Origin: Cetorhinus maximus
Lineage: Eukaryota
Reading direction: 5' to 3'
Assembly: GCF_964194155.1 (NCBI RefSeq)
Contig: NC_135910.1
Span: 20,460,001 to 20,524,000, forward strand
Length of the DNA stretch: 64,000 nucleotides
Both the position numbers and the translations under genes were made by a program. Positions 35,931 through 49,984 of this stretch are shown piece by piece; position 1 is the stretch's first letter; every line of letters starts with the position of its first letter. The notes beneath the pieces were generated by a model that saw nothing but the letters and a program-made list of their open reading frames with translations, did no database searches and was not told the DNA's origin.

Positions 35931-37728
35931 CTAAAAGATTAGTTAAGGAAAAAGTGGGACCTATCAGAGATGAAGATGGAAACTTATGTGTAGGTGCAGA
36001 GGCTGTGGGAAGGGTTTTGAATGAATATTTTGTCTCTGTGTTTACAAAGGAAAGGGAGGATGTAGATATAGTAGTCCAGGAGGAACACTGCGAGATATTG
36101 GATGGGATAGTCATAAAGAGAGAGGAAGTACTCGAAGGGTTGAAATCCTTGAAAGTTGATAAGTCGCCAGGGCCAGATGGATTGTTCCCGAGGCTGCTGA
36201 AGGAAGTCAGGGAGGAGGTAGCAGATGCTCTGAGGATGATTTTCCAATCTTCACTAGATACAGGGGAGGTACCGGAGGACTGGAGAAATGCAAACGTAGT
36301 TCCATTGTTTAAAAAGGGATCAAAGGAAATGCCAAACAATTATGGGCCAGTTAGTCTTACATCGGTGGTAAGCAAATTAGTAGAATCAATCCTGAGAAAT
36401 AGGATTAACTGTCATGTGGAAAGGCATGGACTAGTCAGGGATGGTCAGCATGGATTTGTTAAAGAAAGGTCTTGCCTCACAAATTTGATTGAATTCTTTG
36501 AGGAAGTGACAAGAAGGGTTGATGAAGGTAGTGCAGTGGATGTTGTGTACATGGATTTTAGCAAGGCATTTGACAAGGTCCCACATGGCAGATTGGTCAG
36601 GAAAGTAAAAGCCCATGGGATTCAGGGTAATGCGGCAAACTGGATAAAGGGTTGGCTTTGTAAAAAGGAAACAAAGGGTAATGGTCAATGAATGCCCTTG
36701 TGAATGAAAAATTGTCTCAAGTGGTGTTCCACAGGGCTCGGTGTTGGGACCCTTGCTGTTTGTGTTATATATTAACAATTTGGATGTGAACGTGGGGGAC
36801 ACAATTGGGAAATTTGCAGATGACACAAAGATTGGCCAAGTAGTGGATAGTGTAGAGGATAGCCATAATCTCCAAAACGATATAGATGGGTTGGTGGAGT
36901 GGGCGGTAAAGTGGCAGATGGGTTTTAACATAGAGAAGTGTGAGGTCATACATTTAGGGAGGTCAAACAGTTACAGGGATTACACAATGTACTAAGAGGG
37001 GTAGATGAAGTGAGAAATCTGGGCGTACAAGTACACAGGTCCCTGAAGGCAGCAGTTCAAGTAGACAAGGTTGTAAAGAAGGCATATGGAATGCTCTTCT
37101 TCATTGGCAGAGGTTTAGAATATAAAAGTAAGGATATAATGTTGGAATTGTATAAAACACTGGTGAGGCCACAACTGGAGTATTGTGTGCAATTCTGGTC
37201 ACCACATTACAGGAAGGACGTAATAGCTCTCGAGAGAGTGCAGAGGAGGTTTACAAGAATGTTGCCAAGGTTAGAAAACTGTAGCTACGAGGAGAGGTCG
37301 GATAGGTTGGGGTTATTTTCCTTAGAACAAAGAAGGCTGAGAGTGACTTGATTGAGGTGTACAAAATTATGAGGGGAATAGATAGAGTGGACAGGATAAA
37401 ATTGTTTCCCTTGGTGAAGAATTCTAGAACCAGGGGACATAGATTCAAGGTAAGTGGCAGAAGGTGTAGGGGGGACATGAGGAAGAACTTTTTTATGCAG
37501 GGGGTAGTGGCAGTCTGGAATTCGCTGCCCAAGTTGGTGGTAGAGGCAGAAACGCTAAACTCTTTTAAAAAGTACATGGATCTGCACCTTAAGTGCTGTA
37601 AACTGCAGGGCTATGGGCCGGGTGCAGGAAGGTGGGATTAGAAAGGGCATCTGGGTGTCCTCGGGCTGGCATGGACAAGATGGGCTGAATGGCCTCCTTC
37701 TGTGCTGTAACTTTTCTATGGTTCTATG
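35931..37728 (+). mobile_element. 1.8-kb CR1/HER1-type LINE, 5'-truncated RT pseudo-ORF
   Basis: KSPGPDG..WRNANVVPLFKKG..QHGFVKERSCLTNLIEFFE..YMDFSKAFDKVPH..LGPLLFVLYIN..KFADDTK..YKTLVRPQLEYCVQFWSP; tail ttctatggttctatgg. Confidence 0.97.
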
Positions 37729-38689
37729 GCGTGATAGCGCAAGATGGGCAATAGGATTCAAAAGCCTGTTTTACAGGCTTTCATTTCCATTGACAGAATG
37801 TTAGCAGCATTTGTGGGAGCTTTAAGCGTGAAAAATGGCTGTGACATTTTCCTACCTAAGAGTAGTCATTGCTCTTCAAAGCAACTGATTGAATCTGAAT
37901 CTTTTTGTAATACTTCTGGGGATGGGCTTGCTTTCCATTTTACTCATACAGTAGTAGGTTAGACGCTGAGGTTGAACATCCACAGTGGATGACTGAAGAA
38001 AATGACAAGGGTTTTCTATGATGACTAAATCACCATACCAGGACAGCTTGATGACAATGTTGGATGTTGATAACTTAAAATTATAATGCCGGTTACAAAT
38101 GTCATGTCTGCTTTCAATATTCTCATTGGTGCTGGTCACTCCTGCAAATGGTCAGGTGTGTTTCTAAACTCCCTAATATCTAATTTTAGAGCAGTTTAAT
38201 TACAAAGTGTAACAATAGACTCCTTTACATAATTTGAGAATCTTTTGCATTTCTCAAACCTTTCCAAAGGCAGCTGAAACTCTTTAGTGAATTGTTAATC
38301 TGCTTCATTCTATCAGCAGTAGATGAACATCCAGAGTAAAAGTGGGTTTGTTTAACTCCCAAATCAGATGGATTAGGGTCAGGTCAGATGTTAAAATTTT
38401 AAAAATCTGAATGCCAATCCCAACCCACCCACTTCTGATGTAACGGAGACAGAATGGGATTGTGTGGAGGAGTGGAAGCAGCAAACCCATTCCCAGGAGG
38501 TGGGATAGCCATCTAAATATTTTAATGAAGCCAGCTGCATCTGATTTAACTCTCTTAATGCCCTCCCATTGAAAGACCACCCCCTACTCCCATACTTGAT
38601 CATGAACCAGATCTTTCCGCCTCCACCACTCACCCACCAGCAGCTGCAGTCACTTTTCCTGAACCTGAAGCCAGAACCCAAAGACAGAT

Positions 38690-38872
38690 GCAAAAATAAA
38701 ACCTGAAAACGCTAGAAATATTCAGCAGGTCTGGCAGCATCAGTGGTGAGAGAAACAGAGTTACAGGCCGATGATCGATCTGATGAAGGGTAACTGACCT
38801 GAAACATTAACTCTCTCTCTAGAGGCTGCCTGGCCTGCTGAGAATTTTAGACATGCAGTATTTTGATTTTGC
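38690..38872. mobile_element. Degenerate fold-back PLE end
   Basis: Inverted arms cagcaggtctggcagc / gctgcctggcctgctg around a hammerhead core. Confidence 0.7.
38780..38812 (+). ncRNA. Minimal type I hammerhead ribozyme core (PLE-associated)
   Basis: CTGATGA-AGG-gtaactga-CCT-GAAAC-ATT-aact: canonical core and 3-bp stem II. Stem I appears disrupted. Confidence 0.6.
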
Positions 38873-40125
38873 ATTGTTGTAGCCAGATTTCCAAGTTTGC
38901 CTTCTGAAAATCCTCAGCCGCATCTGTCCATCAATATCGGGGCAATGGATTTCACCAATTGATTCAAATCACTACAGAACTAGCCTCAAGAGCAAGAAAT
39001 TCCTACTCACAGGTTCACTTAAGGTTCCCTGGTCAGCTTTCTGGGGAGTTTCTCTTTACTGACCCAGTTAGTCTCCACACCCTGTGTCTCTTTCTCTCTG
39101 TGTTCCCTGGTTAATGGGTCATCTCTCTGACCACTTCCCCATTCAGGGATTTCACCAAAACAAATCCCCACTCTCCGGAGAGCAAATCCTCAGCAGACAC
39201 CTCCTGCTGCACTCACAGGAACACAATGGTGGCAACCTGGGTAGTTGGGATTATTCATTGCTTTAAACTAACCTTGATTCTCCCAAACACACTTGTTCAG
39301 ACTCACTGCCTGAATCTTGAACCCTGTGCTTACTCCCGATGCCCTGCTGTGATTTTTGCAGAAGGTGAATGAAACACCAGAGGAACAGTTGTTCTGATCG
39401 CTCTATCATTTTTCTGAGACTTCAACTTAGTGCCCTGCAAAGATATGGAAGAGATATGAAATCCTGTGGCTGAAATTCACAATCCAGACTGACATTACCC
39501 AATTCTGCTGTTCTACAAATTCCAACCCACTTGAGACCCCTATTTACCTCAATGAAACCTTTCACAAATGAAACCAATATGGTGGGCCGAATGGCCTTTT
39601 CTGTGTGATACTGACCCTATATCCTGACATTGTCAGAAAAACTGATATGTGCTGTTTCAGATTAATAATCTTCACCTGCTTACATCAAATAGAAACATAA
39701 AATGCTGCTTGATGAACACAGATTGAAGTGAGCAAACAGAACCTTATCGTGAAAATGCTTTTGTTGTGATATAACAGCTGCAGGTCTTCGTTTTGATGTT
39801 CCCTCAGTGACATTTCACACCAGCGATTTACACAATTAAAGGTGGCAGCTGTCCACTGGACCAGAACAGGTGGTAGCTTTGGATTAAACCTCTCTCTGCC
39901 ACCACCAGTGACCTTGGGTTCAAATGGTTAATGGGATGGATGATGATCTTTGTTATTCATGTTGCAGTTTCAGTTAAAATTGATTGAGATGATCTGATTT
40001 ATGCCCGAATTGCCAATTAGTTCTGGGGTGTGCACCAGATGTATTTCCAGAATCCAGGTGAAGTTGAATTAGTTGTATTGACTCTAACAATATGTCGGCA
40101 CAAAAATATTTTAAATCCATCCCTG

Positions 40126-41003
40126 TGTTGTGATCCCAGCTGATGTTAATACTGGACAAGTCAGATCCCAGAGTGAAACCTGGCTTGGTAGATCCTAACT
40201 TTGTTTTTTTTAGAAAACCGTGGAGGTCAGTTACTGAACACATTCACAAGAGTCCGCCAGCATACTGTCAACATAAAGAATAAAACGTTTATTAAAGAAG
40301 AAAAAATGAACTATATTACATTAGACTGAAAAGGTTGGAAAGTTTTCAATACAGATACCAGAAAATGTTTCAAACTCACACTACTTCTTCTATCCCAACA
40401 ACCCTTACGGACACAAAACCCCAGTGAAGAATTACCACCGTCTCAACACCAAAGTTGCTTGCTTGGGTTAGCTCAGTTTCAAACAGTTTTCCTCCAGCAG
40501 TCTGCTAAACATTCACTAGGTGCTTTTCTTCAGCTGGTATCTCTCCCTGAGACACCCAAAAACCACAATCTCAACGCACTATTAATTCAACTTCAAAGCA
40601 AACACATGAGTTCCCTAAACTCAGTTCCCCAGCAGGATTGCAGGATATCTTAGTAGAGAGCTTAGACCTTCTGCCTGCACTCTCTGGTATACACACACAA
40701 ACTGACCGCCCTTCTGTGTTTCCCTGTCCCCCTGTGTCTCCAGACCCCAGTTGCAAGGCAACAGTACAGTTTTTTTCTATTTTGTGTTTTTTAACTTCAC
40801 TAACCCCTTGGTAACCCATCTCTTCACTTCAAGAATTGTAAAACCTTATTAAAAATGTTATTCAAACAGGGCCCCAGACTTCTCAACACCTAGCTAACAA
40901 AAACCTCTAAATGAAACGAAAACCAGGTTTCACCTTTCTCAACACCCAAATACAAAATATAAATTAAACCTAAGGCTATACATTGTTCCTAACACTTATA
41001 ACA
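40126..41003 (-). mobile_element. Possible solo LTR
   Basis: TGTTGTGA...TTATAACA termini, ~880 bp, minus-strand AATAAA (tttatt ~40288). No TSD seen. Confidence 0.3.
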
Positions 41004-41069
41004 TGTTACTAGAAAGAAATCCTGGTCTTTCTAAGTTAACTGGTCTCAACAAGGTAGCACTATTGCTGC

Positions 41070-41610
41070 AGTTCTTACCTGGCCTGGCCTACTAGTAGTT
41101 GACTCTTAGCTGCCCTCTGAGATGGCCTGGCCTTGTTGTATCAAGCTGCTAAAAAATGGGTTTTTGACCACAATCAACAATGGTTTCATAGTCATTATTA
41201 GACTTTTAATTCCATATTTTTATTTAATTCAAATTCCACCATCTGGCATGATGGGGATTTGAACCCAGGTCCCCAGGATGTTACTCTAGGTTTCTGGATT
41301 ACTAGTCCAGCAACAATACCACTACACAATTGCCTCCCCTATTGTGTTATCATAAAAACCCAACTAGTTCACTGATATCCTTTAGAGAAGGCCACTTGCC
41401 ATTTGTACCTGTTCTAAATGGGACTCCAGTCCCAGACCTTTAATTGGCCTCTGAAGTGGCCCAGCAAGACACTCAGTTGTAGCAAGCTGCTATAAAGAAT
41501 AGGACTGCAGCCGCTCAAGAATGCGGCCCACCACCACCTTCTCAGGGTAATTAGGGATGGGAAATAAATGTCAGCCTTGCCACTGGTGCCTACATCACAA
41601 GAATGAACTT
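41070..41610. mobile_element. Rearranged tRNA-derived SINE pieces (head inverted at ~41155-41340, body and tail forward at ~41345-41610)
   Basis: Reverse-strand head (ggattactagtccag, tttgaacccagg) abuts forward aaaaacccaactagttcactga...agggtaattagggatgggaaataaatg; compare the intact copy at 49985-50368. Confidence 0.7.
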
Positions 41611-41836
41611 TTAAAATCTGGAACTGTACCCCATCTGCATTAGTCCAAAAAACAGAAAACATGTCACAAGGGAGACCATTCAGCCCACTGTGTCTGTGCC
41701 AGCCAAAAGGATTTGCCCAGTCTAATCTCACTGTCCAGCTCTTGGTCTGTAGCCCTGGAGGTTGCAGCATTTCAAGTGTATGTTTCTCAAAATGTGATGA
41801 GGGTTTCTGCCCCTACCACCCTTTCAAGCAATAAGT

Positions 41837-42069
41837 ACATCTGGACCTGTACTCTATACTGGATCCACACATCTGGACCTGTACTCTATACTGGATCCAC
41901 ACACCTGGACCTGTACTCTATACTGGATCCACACATCTGGACCTGTACTCTATACTGGATCCATACATCTGGACCTGTACTCTTTACTGGATCCACACAT
42001 CTGGACCTGTACTCTATACTGGATCCACACATCTGGATCTGTATTCTATACTGGATCCACACATCTGGA
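41837..42069. repeat. 32-bp tandem repeat, 7.3 copies (ACATCTGGACCTGTACTCTATACTGGATCCAC)
   Basis: Seven full units (41837-42060) plus 9 bp, with only scattered substitutions. Confidence 0.97.
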
Positions 42070-42177
42070 AGGGAGGAAAGGGGATGGTTCCAAGGACAAT
42101 TTATGTCATTTGAGAGTAACTGGTCAAATTAGCCCAGAACTTGCTGGCACCTTACAGTATGAGGGCAGTGTAGTGAT

Positions 42178-42378
42178 CATTGCCACAGAAAGCTATGGAG
42201 GCCAGGTCATTGAGTGTATTTAAGACTGAGATAGATAGGTTCTTGATTGGTAAGGGGATCAAAGGTTACGGGGAGAAGGCGGGAGAATGGGGTTGAGAAA
42301 CTTATCAGCCATGATTGAATGGCGGAGCAGACTCGGTGGGCCGAATGGCCTAATTTCTGCTCCTATGTCTTATGGTCT
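42178..42378 (+). mobile_element. Young CR1 3'-end (~200 bp), same family as 29711-31528
   Basis: Near-identical to the reverse complement of ~29715-29920; tail cctatgtcttatggtc. Confidence 0.95.
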
Positions 42379-43480
42379 AAGGAAATTTTCCTAAAAGCAG
42401 CCTAAACGGACAATAACTAACCTGTATGTAGTGGGCTTGCCTTGTTTTTGTTGGTGCTGTTGAAGAGTCTGTAATGCTAACACTACAAACCACTGAGTGA
42501 GTTCACTATGCTATGAGTCAGGTGTAGGAATGGACTAATTTCTGCAGAATGGTCTTTGATCTGAAACATTAACTGTTTCTCTCTCCACAGATGCTGCCAG
42601 ACCTGCTGAGTGTTTCCAGCATTTTCCATTTTATTTCAGATTTCCAGCATCCGCAGTATTTTGCTTTTTCATTTTGCTGTTGAAAACAGTCAATATTTTC
42701 ATTACTGTTCTGGATATTCCCACTGCCCATCCTGTAAGATATGGAGAACCCCAATCCAAATGGTAGGTGGCACACTTGAGAAGAAGAGACAGCAGCTGAC
42801 AAAGAAAGGGCTGGAGCCTGAGAGAGATGTGAGGTGAAGGGAGAATCAGATACAGGTGAAGGTTCTAGTCAGCTTTCACTGTTTTTGGTAACTTGTGACT
42901 AGGCTGGGTGCTACAATGCCGCCAAGGGCTTTGGCTCAATCCTTGCCCCCTCCCCCACCGCCCCCACCCCTACTGAGGTAGCATGCTTCACTGACACAAA
43001 GTGCTTAACTTTAGTTTAAAAATAAATGTTTATCTTAGTAAAGTGGAAATGGAAATTAAACATCTGTGCCAATGGCTCTTTAACATTGCCATACTTAATG
43101 TCTGTGATGAATGTTTCTGAAACACTGTAAATGTTTTACTATTTACATCTCTAAACAGTTGACAACTCATAGACACATCTCTCTAGATTCCAGGCAGAGT
43201 TCCCTATGCCATAGAAAATGCTAATCACCCAACATTATGCTGTTCCTCATGAGTCACACTTACGTGTCTAAAGCCACTTCCCCGATCCTCAGTGTCGTAA
43301 ATGTGGGGGCCCAACCAACAGACATCCCTGCCCAGATATGGAGCTAAAGACGCAGTAAGTATAAAGGTTTTCATATTGTAGAAGTGAAGCTTAAGGGTGA
43401 GGTAGGTCCCCCCCTCCATGGGCTGCACTCTATGCTGTAAATGCTCAGGGAACAGATGGCAGATTAAACCCTGGAAAATG

Positions 43481-43640
43481 TAAAACAAAAACAAAAATAC
43501 CTGGAAAAACTCAGCAGGTCTGGCAGCATCTGCGGAGAGGAACACAGTTAATGTTTCGAGTCCGAATGACTCTTCAACAGAACTAAGTAAAAATAGAAGA
43601 GAGGTGAAATGTAAGCTGGTTTAAGGGGAGGGTGTAGGTT
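43481..43640 (-). mobile_element. PLE 3' end with hammerhead motif (43546-43584)
   Basis: Minus strand: agtt-CTGTTGA-a-gagtc-attcg-gactc-GAAAC-ATT-aact. Confidence 0.85.
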
Positions 43641-43824
43641 GGTGATGAGCTGTTTGTTTAAGGGAGTCAGTTTTGGTGAATTAAACGCTATGAGCCAGTC
43701 ACTACATTGATGAATGAACCTTATTCTCTGTAGAGCCCAGGGACAACCAGTATCCACTAGGCAGAAAAAGGAGCAGAGCAGCATGATGAGGTCATTCTCA
43801 CTGTCCAAGTCCCCAAACATTCCT

Positions 43825-44552
43825 TCCAAGTGAAACAGCCACTTATTTGTACTTCTTTCTATTTATTATACTGTATTCGCTTTTCACAATGTGGTCTCCT
43901 CTACATGGGGAGGAGGGTGGGGGGAGGGAACCAAACGCAGACTGGGTGACAGCTTTGTGGAACATCTCCACTCAGTCTGTAAACAGGAACTGGGGCTTCC
44001 TGTTGCTTGTCATTTTAATTCTCCACTTGCTCCCACTCTGTCCTTGGCCTGCGACAATGTTCCAATGAAGTTCAACACTAGCTTGAGGACAGCACCTCAT
44101 CTCTTGGCTTGGCACTCTACAGCCTTCTGGACTTATCATTGTGTCACCAGTTTTAGATCATAATCTCTGCCTCCATTTTGTTTCTTTTTTTTTTCTGGTT
44201 TGGTTTTTTCTTGTTTCTTTCTCTGTTCCTCCACTTTGCATTTGGACAGCGGCTATGCAGCCATTCACACTTCATCTGGACACATCTTTACCAAACCCAT
44301 TCTCACTCCCTATGGCTTTTCTACCATAAAAGCTTTTGGCATTTGATCGCTCCTGTCCTTCATCCTATCACAGACCTTCCCTTTTGTTCTTCACTTGTTC
44401 AAAGTCTATGATATTTCTATCTATTCTCAATTCGGACAAAGGATCATCAATATGAAACATTGCCCCTGTTTTCTCACAGATGCTGCCTGACCTGCTGAAT
44501 ATTTCCAGCATTTTCTGTTTTTATTTCAGATTTCCAGCATCTGCACTATTTC
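43825..44552 (+). mobile_element. Decayed PLE 3' portion with GIY-YIG remnant
   Basis: YCIRFSQCGLLYMG..TKRRLGDSFVEHLHSVCKQELGLPVACHFNS; ends in cagatgctgcctgacctgctg..gatttccagcatctgca. Confidence 0.85.
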
Positions 44553-47164
44553 ACTTTTGTCTAACCTTTGCCTGTTGGCCTTTGACACTACAGGTCAGAT
44601 GTGTTAATGGTCCCCAGTGTCTCAGAGTCAATATCTCAGCTTTATAATAACAATTTGCATTTACGCACCATGAGATCCACAAGTTAGCTGATCTAAGCCC
44701 AGGGTATAATTGGAACGCAACAAATGAGCTCAATGATCCTGGGTGAGAAGGGCAGGTAATCAGCCGGGTTTCCTGCTGATGGCCCCTCTCCAGGAATTCC
44801 AGCTGGCAATGATGCTGTGCAGAGGTCATATATGATAAGATGATGGTGACCAAAGAGCTTTGGGACCCACACCGAGTGAACACTTGCCAGTTCATAAGTA
44901 AGAAGGAGGGGGGTGGGGGAGAATAAAAAAGGCCTATGAACTTTTATCATTGGCAAGTCCTCTCCAATTGACTACAAACATGGATACATTTTATTGTTTG
45001 AGTTAAGCCAATAACTAACTGACCTTAATCCTGGAATCTCCACTTTCATGGCTCCAGGTTGGATTCACACCTTCATCTGTTGTTGATCTTGTAATTGCCT
45101 TGTTCATTCCAATTAGGAGCTCAGACTGATTCTGATTAGTCCTCACATTTCTGGTGACAAGAAACCATTTGATGTAAATAGGCATTGGACTTAAAAGTGT
45201 GTATGAGCAGTGTGGACTTCCTGCCAAGCCTCACAAACCTCTTCAAAATTCATCAATTTGTTAACTTCTCTCCCATTTCACTGCAGCTGTAAAGCACCCT
45301 GGGATAGTCTTGTCTCAAAGCCAAATGGAAATTTGGTGGGATTGGACTAGACAGATGATCCAGAAACCAAATAGAAATGGGATTGCCTGGCAGTAGATTT
45401 CAGCCAGTTCTGTTTGGGTCCCCAATTCAATAAACTGCTCCATTAACACGCCTGTGGCCAAAAGGTTTTGGGTGAACAGGTATGAGTTAGTATACAGGCA
45501 GCAGAGTTTTGGATAAACTCAAGTTTATGGAAGATGGGAGGTCTGTCAGGATAACATTGGAATAATCGAGTCTAGAATTAATCAAATCATGGATGAGTGT
45601 TTCAGCAGCAGATGGGCTGAGTCAGGTGATGTTCTGGGGGTGGAAATCGGTGGTCTGGGTGTGGAGTCAGAAGCTCGTCTAAAATGCAACTTCTTGTCAA
45701 GGTTGATTTAGGACATAACATCAAAAGTGAAATATCTCGACATTGCAATTGTGTATGTGGACATTTGCCCCCATTAACACATTCCAGTTGGGGTCACTGG
45801 GCAGTGACCAGGAGCAGGAATGCTGGCTGATTTTTTCACCCCTGCAGCTCAGGAACATGGAGTCCAAATGTACCCCAAGGACAATAATATCACTTGTAGG
45901 AACTCAACTGCTTCCCCAGACTGAAATCAGCCATCTAAATGCAGGACGCAGGTCAAACCTGGGCTCAATATTATAGTTAACTTGCCCATGAACCCATGGG
46001 CGTCACTGCATCATTTATATAACACGATTGCTGTGTTAACAATGTCATCAACCCATCCCATTGCCTCAGTAATGACTGGTATGCAATTTATTGGCAATTT
46101 CAACCTTTGTCTGAATAGCAAATGCAAATCTCTTTCCTGCTGCACTTTATATGATGATCTACACTTCATTTTGTAATCATGTTCGCTGTTTGTAGTGTTT
46201 ATACGCATTAACTAACATTTCTCAACATTAAATGATAATTGTCATTCATCTGCCCAGTTGCTAGGTGACTGCAGGTCTCTCTGAATGATGTCCTTCAGCA
46301 TGGAAAAATGCAAAGGGTTTACTGGGATGCTAATGCAGAAATTAGAAACGGAAATCATTGTATAACAGTGATGTTGGGAACATCTGCAATTCATTCTCGA
46401 ACATCAGTCTAGCCATTCTCAAATTCTTATTTAATGCTCATAATTCACTTGGGAAATTTAAGACTGGTTTCCTTTCAGTTTTAGTTTCAAAGATGGATCA
46501 TGAGAATTATATATTAAAAAAATCATGTACAAGTCACGGAGCCGCAGTGTCTGTAACGCTTCTACTATGCTTCTAGTCCATGAGCAGAGAGAGAGAGGGG
46601 AGGTAATTCTGCGCCTGGAGTGGTGAAAGTGCATCAGAGTTGCAATGGGATCTTGCCCTTCAAAATGCTTTCTTGGTGAGGTCATAGGTCACTATGTTGC
46701 AATTAAAAAATCAAACGAGAAAAGAGTCAGGTCCAACTTGTCCTGTTAATTGGTTATAAATAAGGTTGCAGTTTAAGAGCTGTTGTTATGTAATAGTCTT
46801 AATATGAATAATTAATGCTGCTGGGAAAACTCTATTATAAATATGTTAATTAGACATATTGTCAGTGTTCCTCCACCATGATTAGACTCTTAGAATGCAT
46901 TTATATTCACAACTCTGATGCTGACAATAAACTGTGAATATAAACAAAGTGGCTGTCACAGACAATGTTCAATGCCAAATTGATGGTTTCAAAATCTCTT
47001 CACGCAACAGGTCTGCTACCAACCCCAGTGTCAACTTGGTTCTCGGTAGAATTCTCCTCCTGCAGCAGAAGATTGAGTGCTCAAGACGTAAGCACAGAAT
47101 CTAAGCTAACATTGCAGTGCTGTGCTAAGGGAGGGCTGTTTTATTTTCTCAATGATGAGAGGGT

Positions 47165-47490
47165 GGGAGAAATGGGGATTTAGGAGTCCAGGCGCACAAG
47201 TCACAAAAGGCTGGTGCACAGACACAAAGATTAATCAAGAAGGATGGTGGAATGTTGTCCCTTGTCCCAAAGGAGGCTGGAATACAAAAATGAAGAAATG
47301 ATGCTCCAGTTTTACCAAGCCTCAGTCAGACCCCATCTGGAGTAACTGTTCAGTGTTAGGCACCGTAGACCAGGAAAGCTAATATTAGCCTTGGAAGGAT
47401 ATGGTGCAGATTCACCAGAATGAAACTGGAGATTAAATGGTTAAGTTATTAGGGCAGGTTGGATAAATATGGTTTCTATTTCGCTGAGAT
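47165..47490 (+). mobile_element. Old CR1 RT fragment
   Basis: Decayed ..LEYKNEEMMLQFYQASVRPHLE..RFTRM. Confidence 0.75.
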
Positions 47491-49269
47491 GTAAAACTGA
47501 CGCCATTCCATTTACTCAGGCTTAGGAAGGCAACAAATGTTCCCTGCTTGTAATGTAGCTATTTCCTGACATTAGGTCAGGTGACCAGTGAGCCCAATAA
47601 TGATGGCCCCTAAAGTTGAATAGCCTGTCGACATTAACTGCCAGGATTGAGACACAAAACCTATTCATGTGAAGTACTGAAGTTGAAAACATCAAGGCTT
47701 CATGGAAAGGAGAGGAGAAATCAGAAAGAAGAATCTTTACATAGATGTTTTGTCTAATTAACTTCAGGACTCACAATTAAAAGATAGTCTGAAAAAGACA
47801 GGCTGCCCTCTCAACTGCTGAAAGGTACAGCTATTACCTTGTGGCCTGAAAGGGAAACAGCCATGTTTCACAAACCGGATAATATACTGAGTATTACACT
47901 ATAACCCTTCTACCTTCATAGAGCAGCTCACCTCAGGAAACTGGGAGCAGTGCCATTGAAGATCTGCTTGTAAATTCCCTTTATAACAACAACTTACATT
48001 TATATAGCACCTTTAAATTAGTGCAAAGTCCCAAAGGGCTTCAGAGGAACGTTGTCAAATAGATTGCTGTCGGTTTGGTTTAATTCTCTGGGACTTGTTT
48101 TTGGGAATGGCTGTTACCAAAGATGATTCGAGGGTTTTGAAGCTTCCAATTTGTGGGTTTCCCCCTGAGACACCTTCTGCCAGCCTTCCTGTAAGTGATT
48201 CTGTCTTCTCCTTCCTGTCACCTATTCCATTGACCCCGTCTATTTTTACTGTAGTTTGTTGGTTTCTCTCTCCCTGTCATCCTTGTGTATATTCAGGCCT
48301 CCTCTCACGCTAACACAGCTTTCTCCCTCTCAGCTTCATCACAGGCAAAGGGAGGGTGGGGGAGTCCCTGCTTCCCAATCCCACAGTAACCCCCAAACCA
48401 GCCATTGTGACTTTATATCTAGTTTCTGGGAGTCATCACTCTTGTCAAAATCTGACAGAGGGAATTAGCCCTGACTCCGAGCAAACTTCCCCAGAGGTGT
48501 GAACCAATCGCATGCTTCACCACATGTTTACCACTGACCTTTGGCAGTGGGAAAGGGGAGGGGGGTGGTGGGTGAGAGTTGGTGGAAGGAGAGGAATGCA
48601 ATGAATTACTTTTAAACATCAGTCGTCAAATGTTTCCAACTATTGACTTTTTAATTTACGAATGACATGAATCCTCTTGTAGTCGTTTCAACAGGAACTT
48701 GTAATGTTGTGTGTCAGTTAAGTAACCAGCATTGTGATCTTTAAGCACAACATATACTTAACCAGACAGCTAATGACCCAATATTTCACCCTGAACATCT
48801 AACCTATGTTCTGCATCCATCTAAATGTGTCAGGAATGCCTCATTGTGCCTGTGTCAAGTTACAGAATGAGCAAAGTTAAATAATTGTAATAATATGAGT
48901 CAAATTCAGGGAAGCAGACTGTCAAATAGCTTAAAAAGCAGTCATATGTTATACTCCAAAACCATAGATCAACAAACAGGGGAAAAAGGTTCACAAACAA
49001 ACTGAACACAAGCTGAAAGGAAAGGTCTGTTAGATGCTGATGTAGACAGGGAAGGAGGTGATGCAGGGACCAAAAGAGGAAGGCCCAGAGAGTTGGGTCA
49101 TTTTGGCTGAAATATTGGAAAGGAAGTTGGTGACAAGTAGTAGGGTCAAGAGTCGGGGCTCTTGTTCCTCATTGCTATCCACATTTCAATACTCCTGAGA
49201 TGTAATTGGCTGCTGATACCTCCATTGAGGATCCCACATAAAGAAGAGATGAGGAAGCAGGAGGCAATC

Positions 49270-49965
49270 AATATTACACCATAGACGGACAGAAGCTGAC
49301 CAGCTTGCCCATCGAGTCTGTCCCGTTTGACCAAGTTGAACACAGCAGCACAACCCCCAGTTTTCCCAGTCAGAAACACACCGTCAGCTGTAAAAATCTC
49401 CTTACCCTGGGAGAGGCAAGAAAAACAGACCTTAAAAACCATAGGTCCGTTCAGAAAAAAATCAATAAAGTTCCTCCCCATTGTCCCGAAGGTGACGAAA
49501 TACAAGATACTGTGACTATGAGATACAGAACTCAACATCTCACTGCTGCTGTGCTTATATTAAAGACAATATATAAGTACAAATTGTTGTTGTTCTATAT
49601 GCATCAATATTGGCTCCTCCAGGAATATGTCCAGTGTCCTGACAATTAGCTTAAATTCGAATATATCGCCTTGTTCTTAACTTCATCAAATAACCTGTCT
49701 ATTATTTATCCACTTTAGTCCCCGTCGTCATTTTAAGTATTTCAGTCAAACCTCCACAAAGTTGATGCTTTTCCAGAGTAAACAAGACAGCTTTCGAGCC
49801 TGTTGTGATAACTAAAAGTCATTAAAGCATTAGTCTAATGGTTCTTCCCTGAACTATTTTCAGGGTGTATCTTTTCACATCACAGAAGCAGAGCTGGGCA
49901 CAGTATTTAAGTGGGGCCTAAGCAAGATTGAGTGTAAGACACAATGGAACTCCTTGTTTTCTACG
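49270..49965 (-). mobile_element. Old CR1 3' fragment with long 3'UTR
   Basis: Reverse-strand RPHLNTVPSS-like remnant (ctgggcacagtatttaagtggggcct) and terminal gcccatcgagtctg hairpin region. Confidence 0.55.
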
Positions 49966-49984
49966 GGATCATACTAAAAGCAAG

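Noticed and set aside
35927-37641. Reverse-transcriptase ORFs as a functional or domesticated gene
   Set aside because: Split over four ORFs by stops and frameshifts, 5'-truncated and ending in a CR1 tail; a dead LINE copy.
41837-42069. CRISPR-like 32-bp partly palindromic repeats
   Set aside because: Units are head-to-tail with no spacers, there are no cas genes, and the context is eukaryotic.
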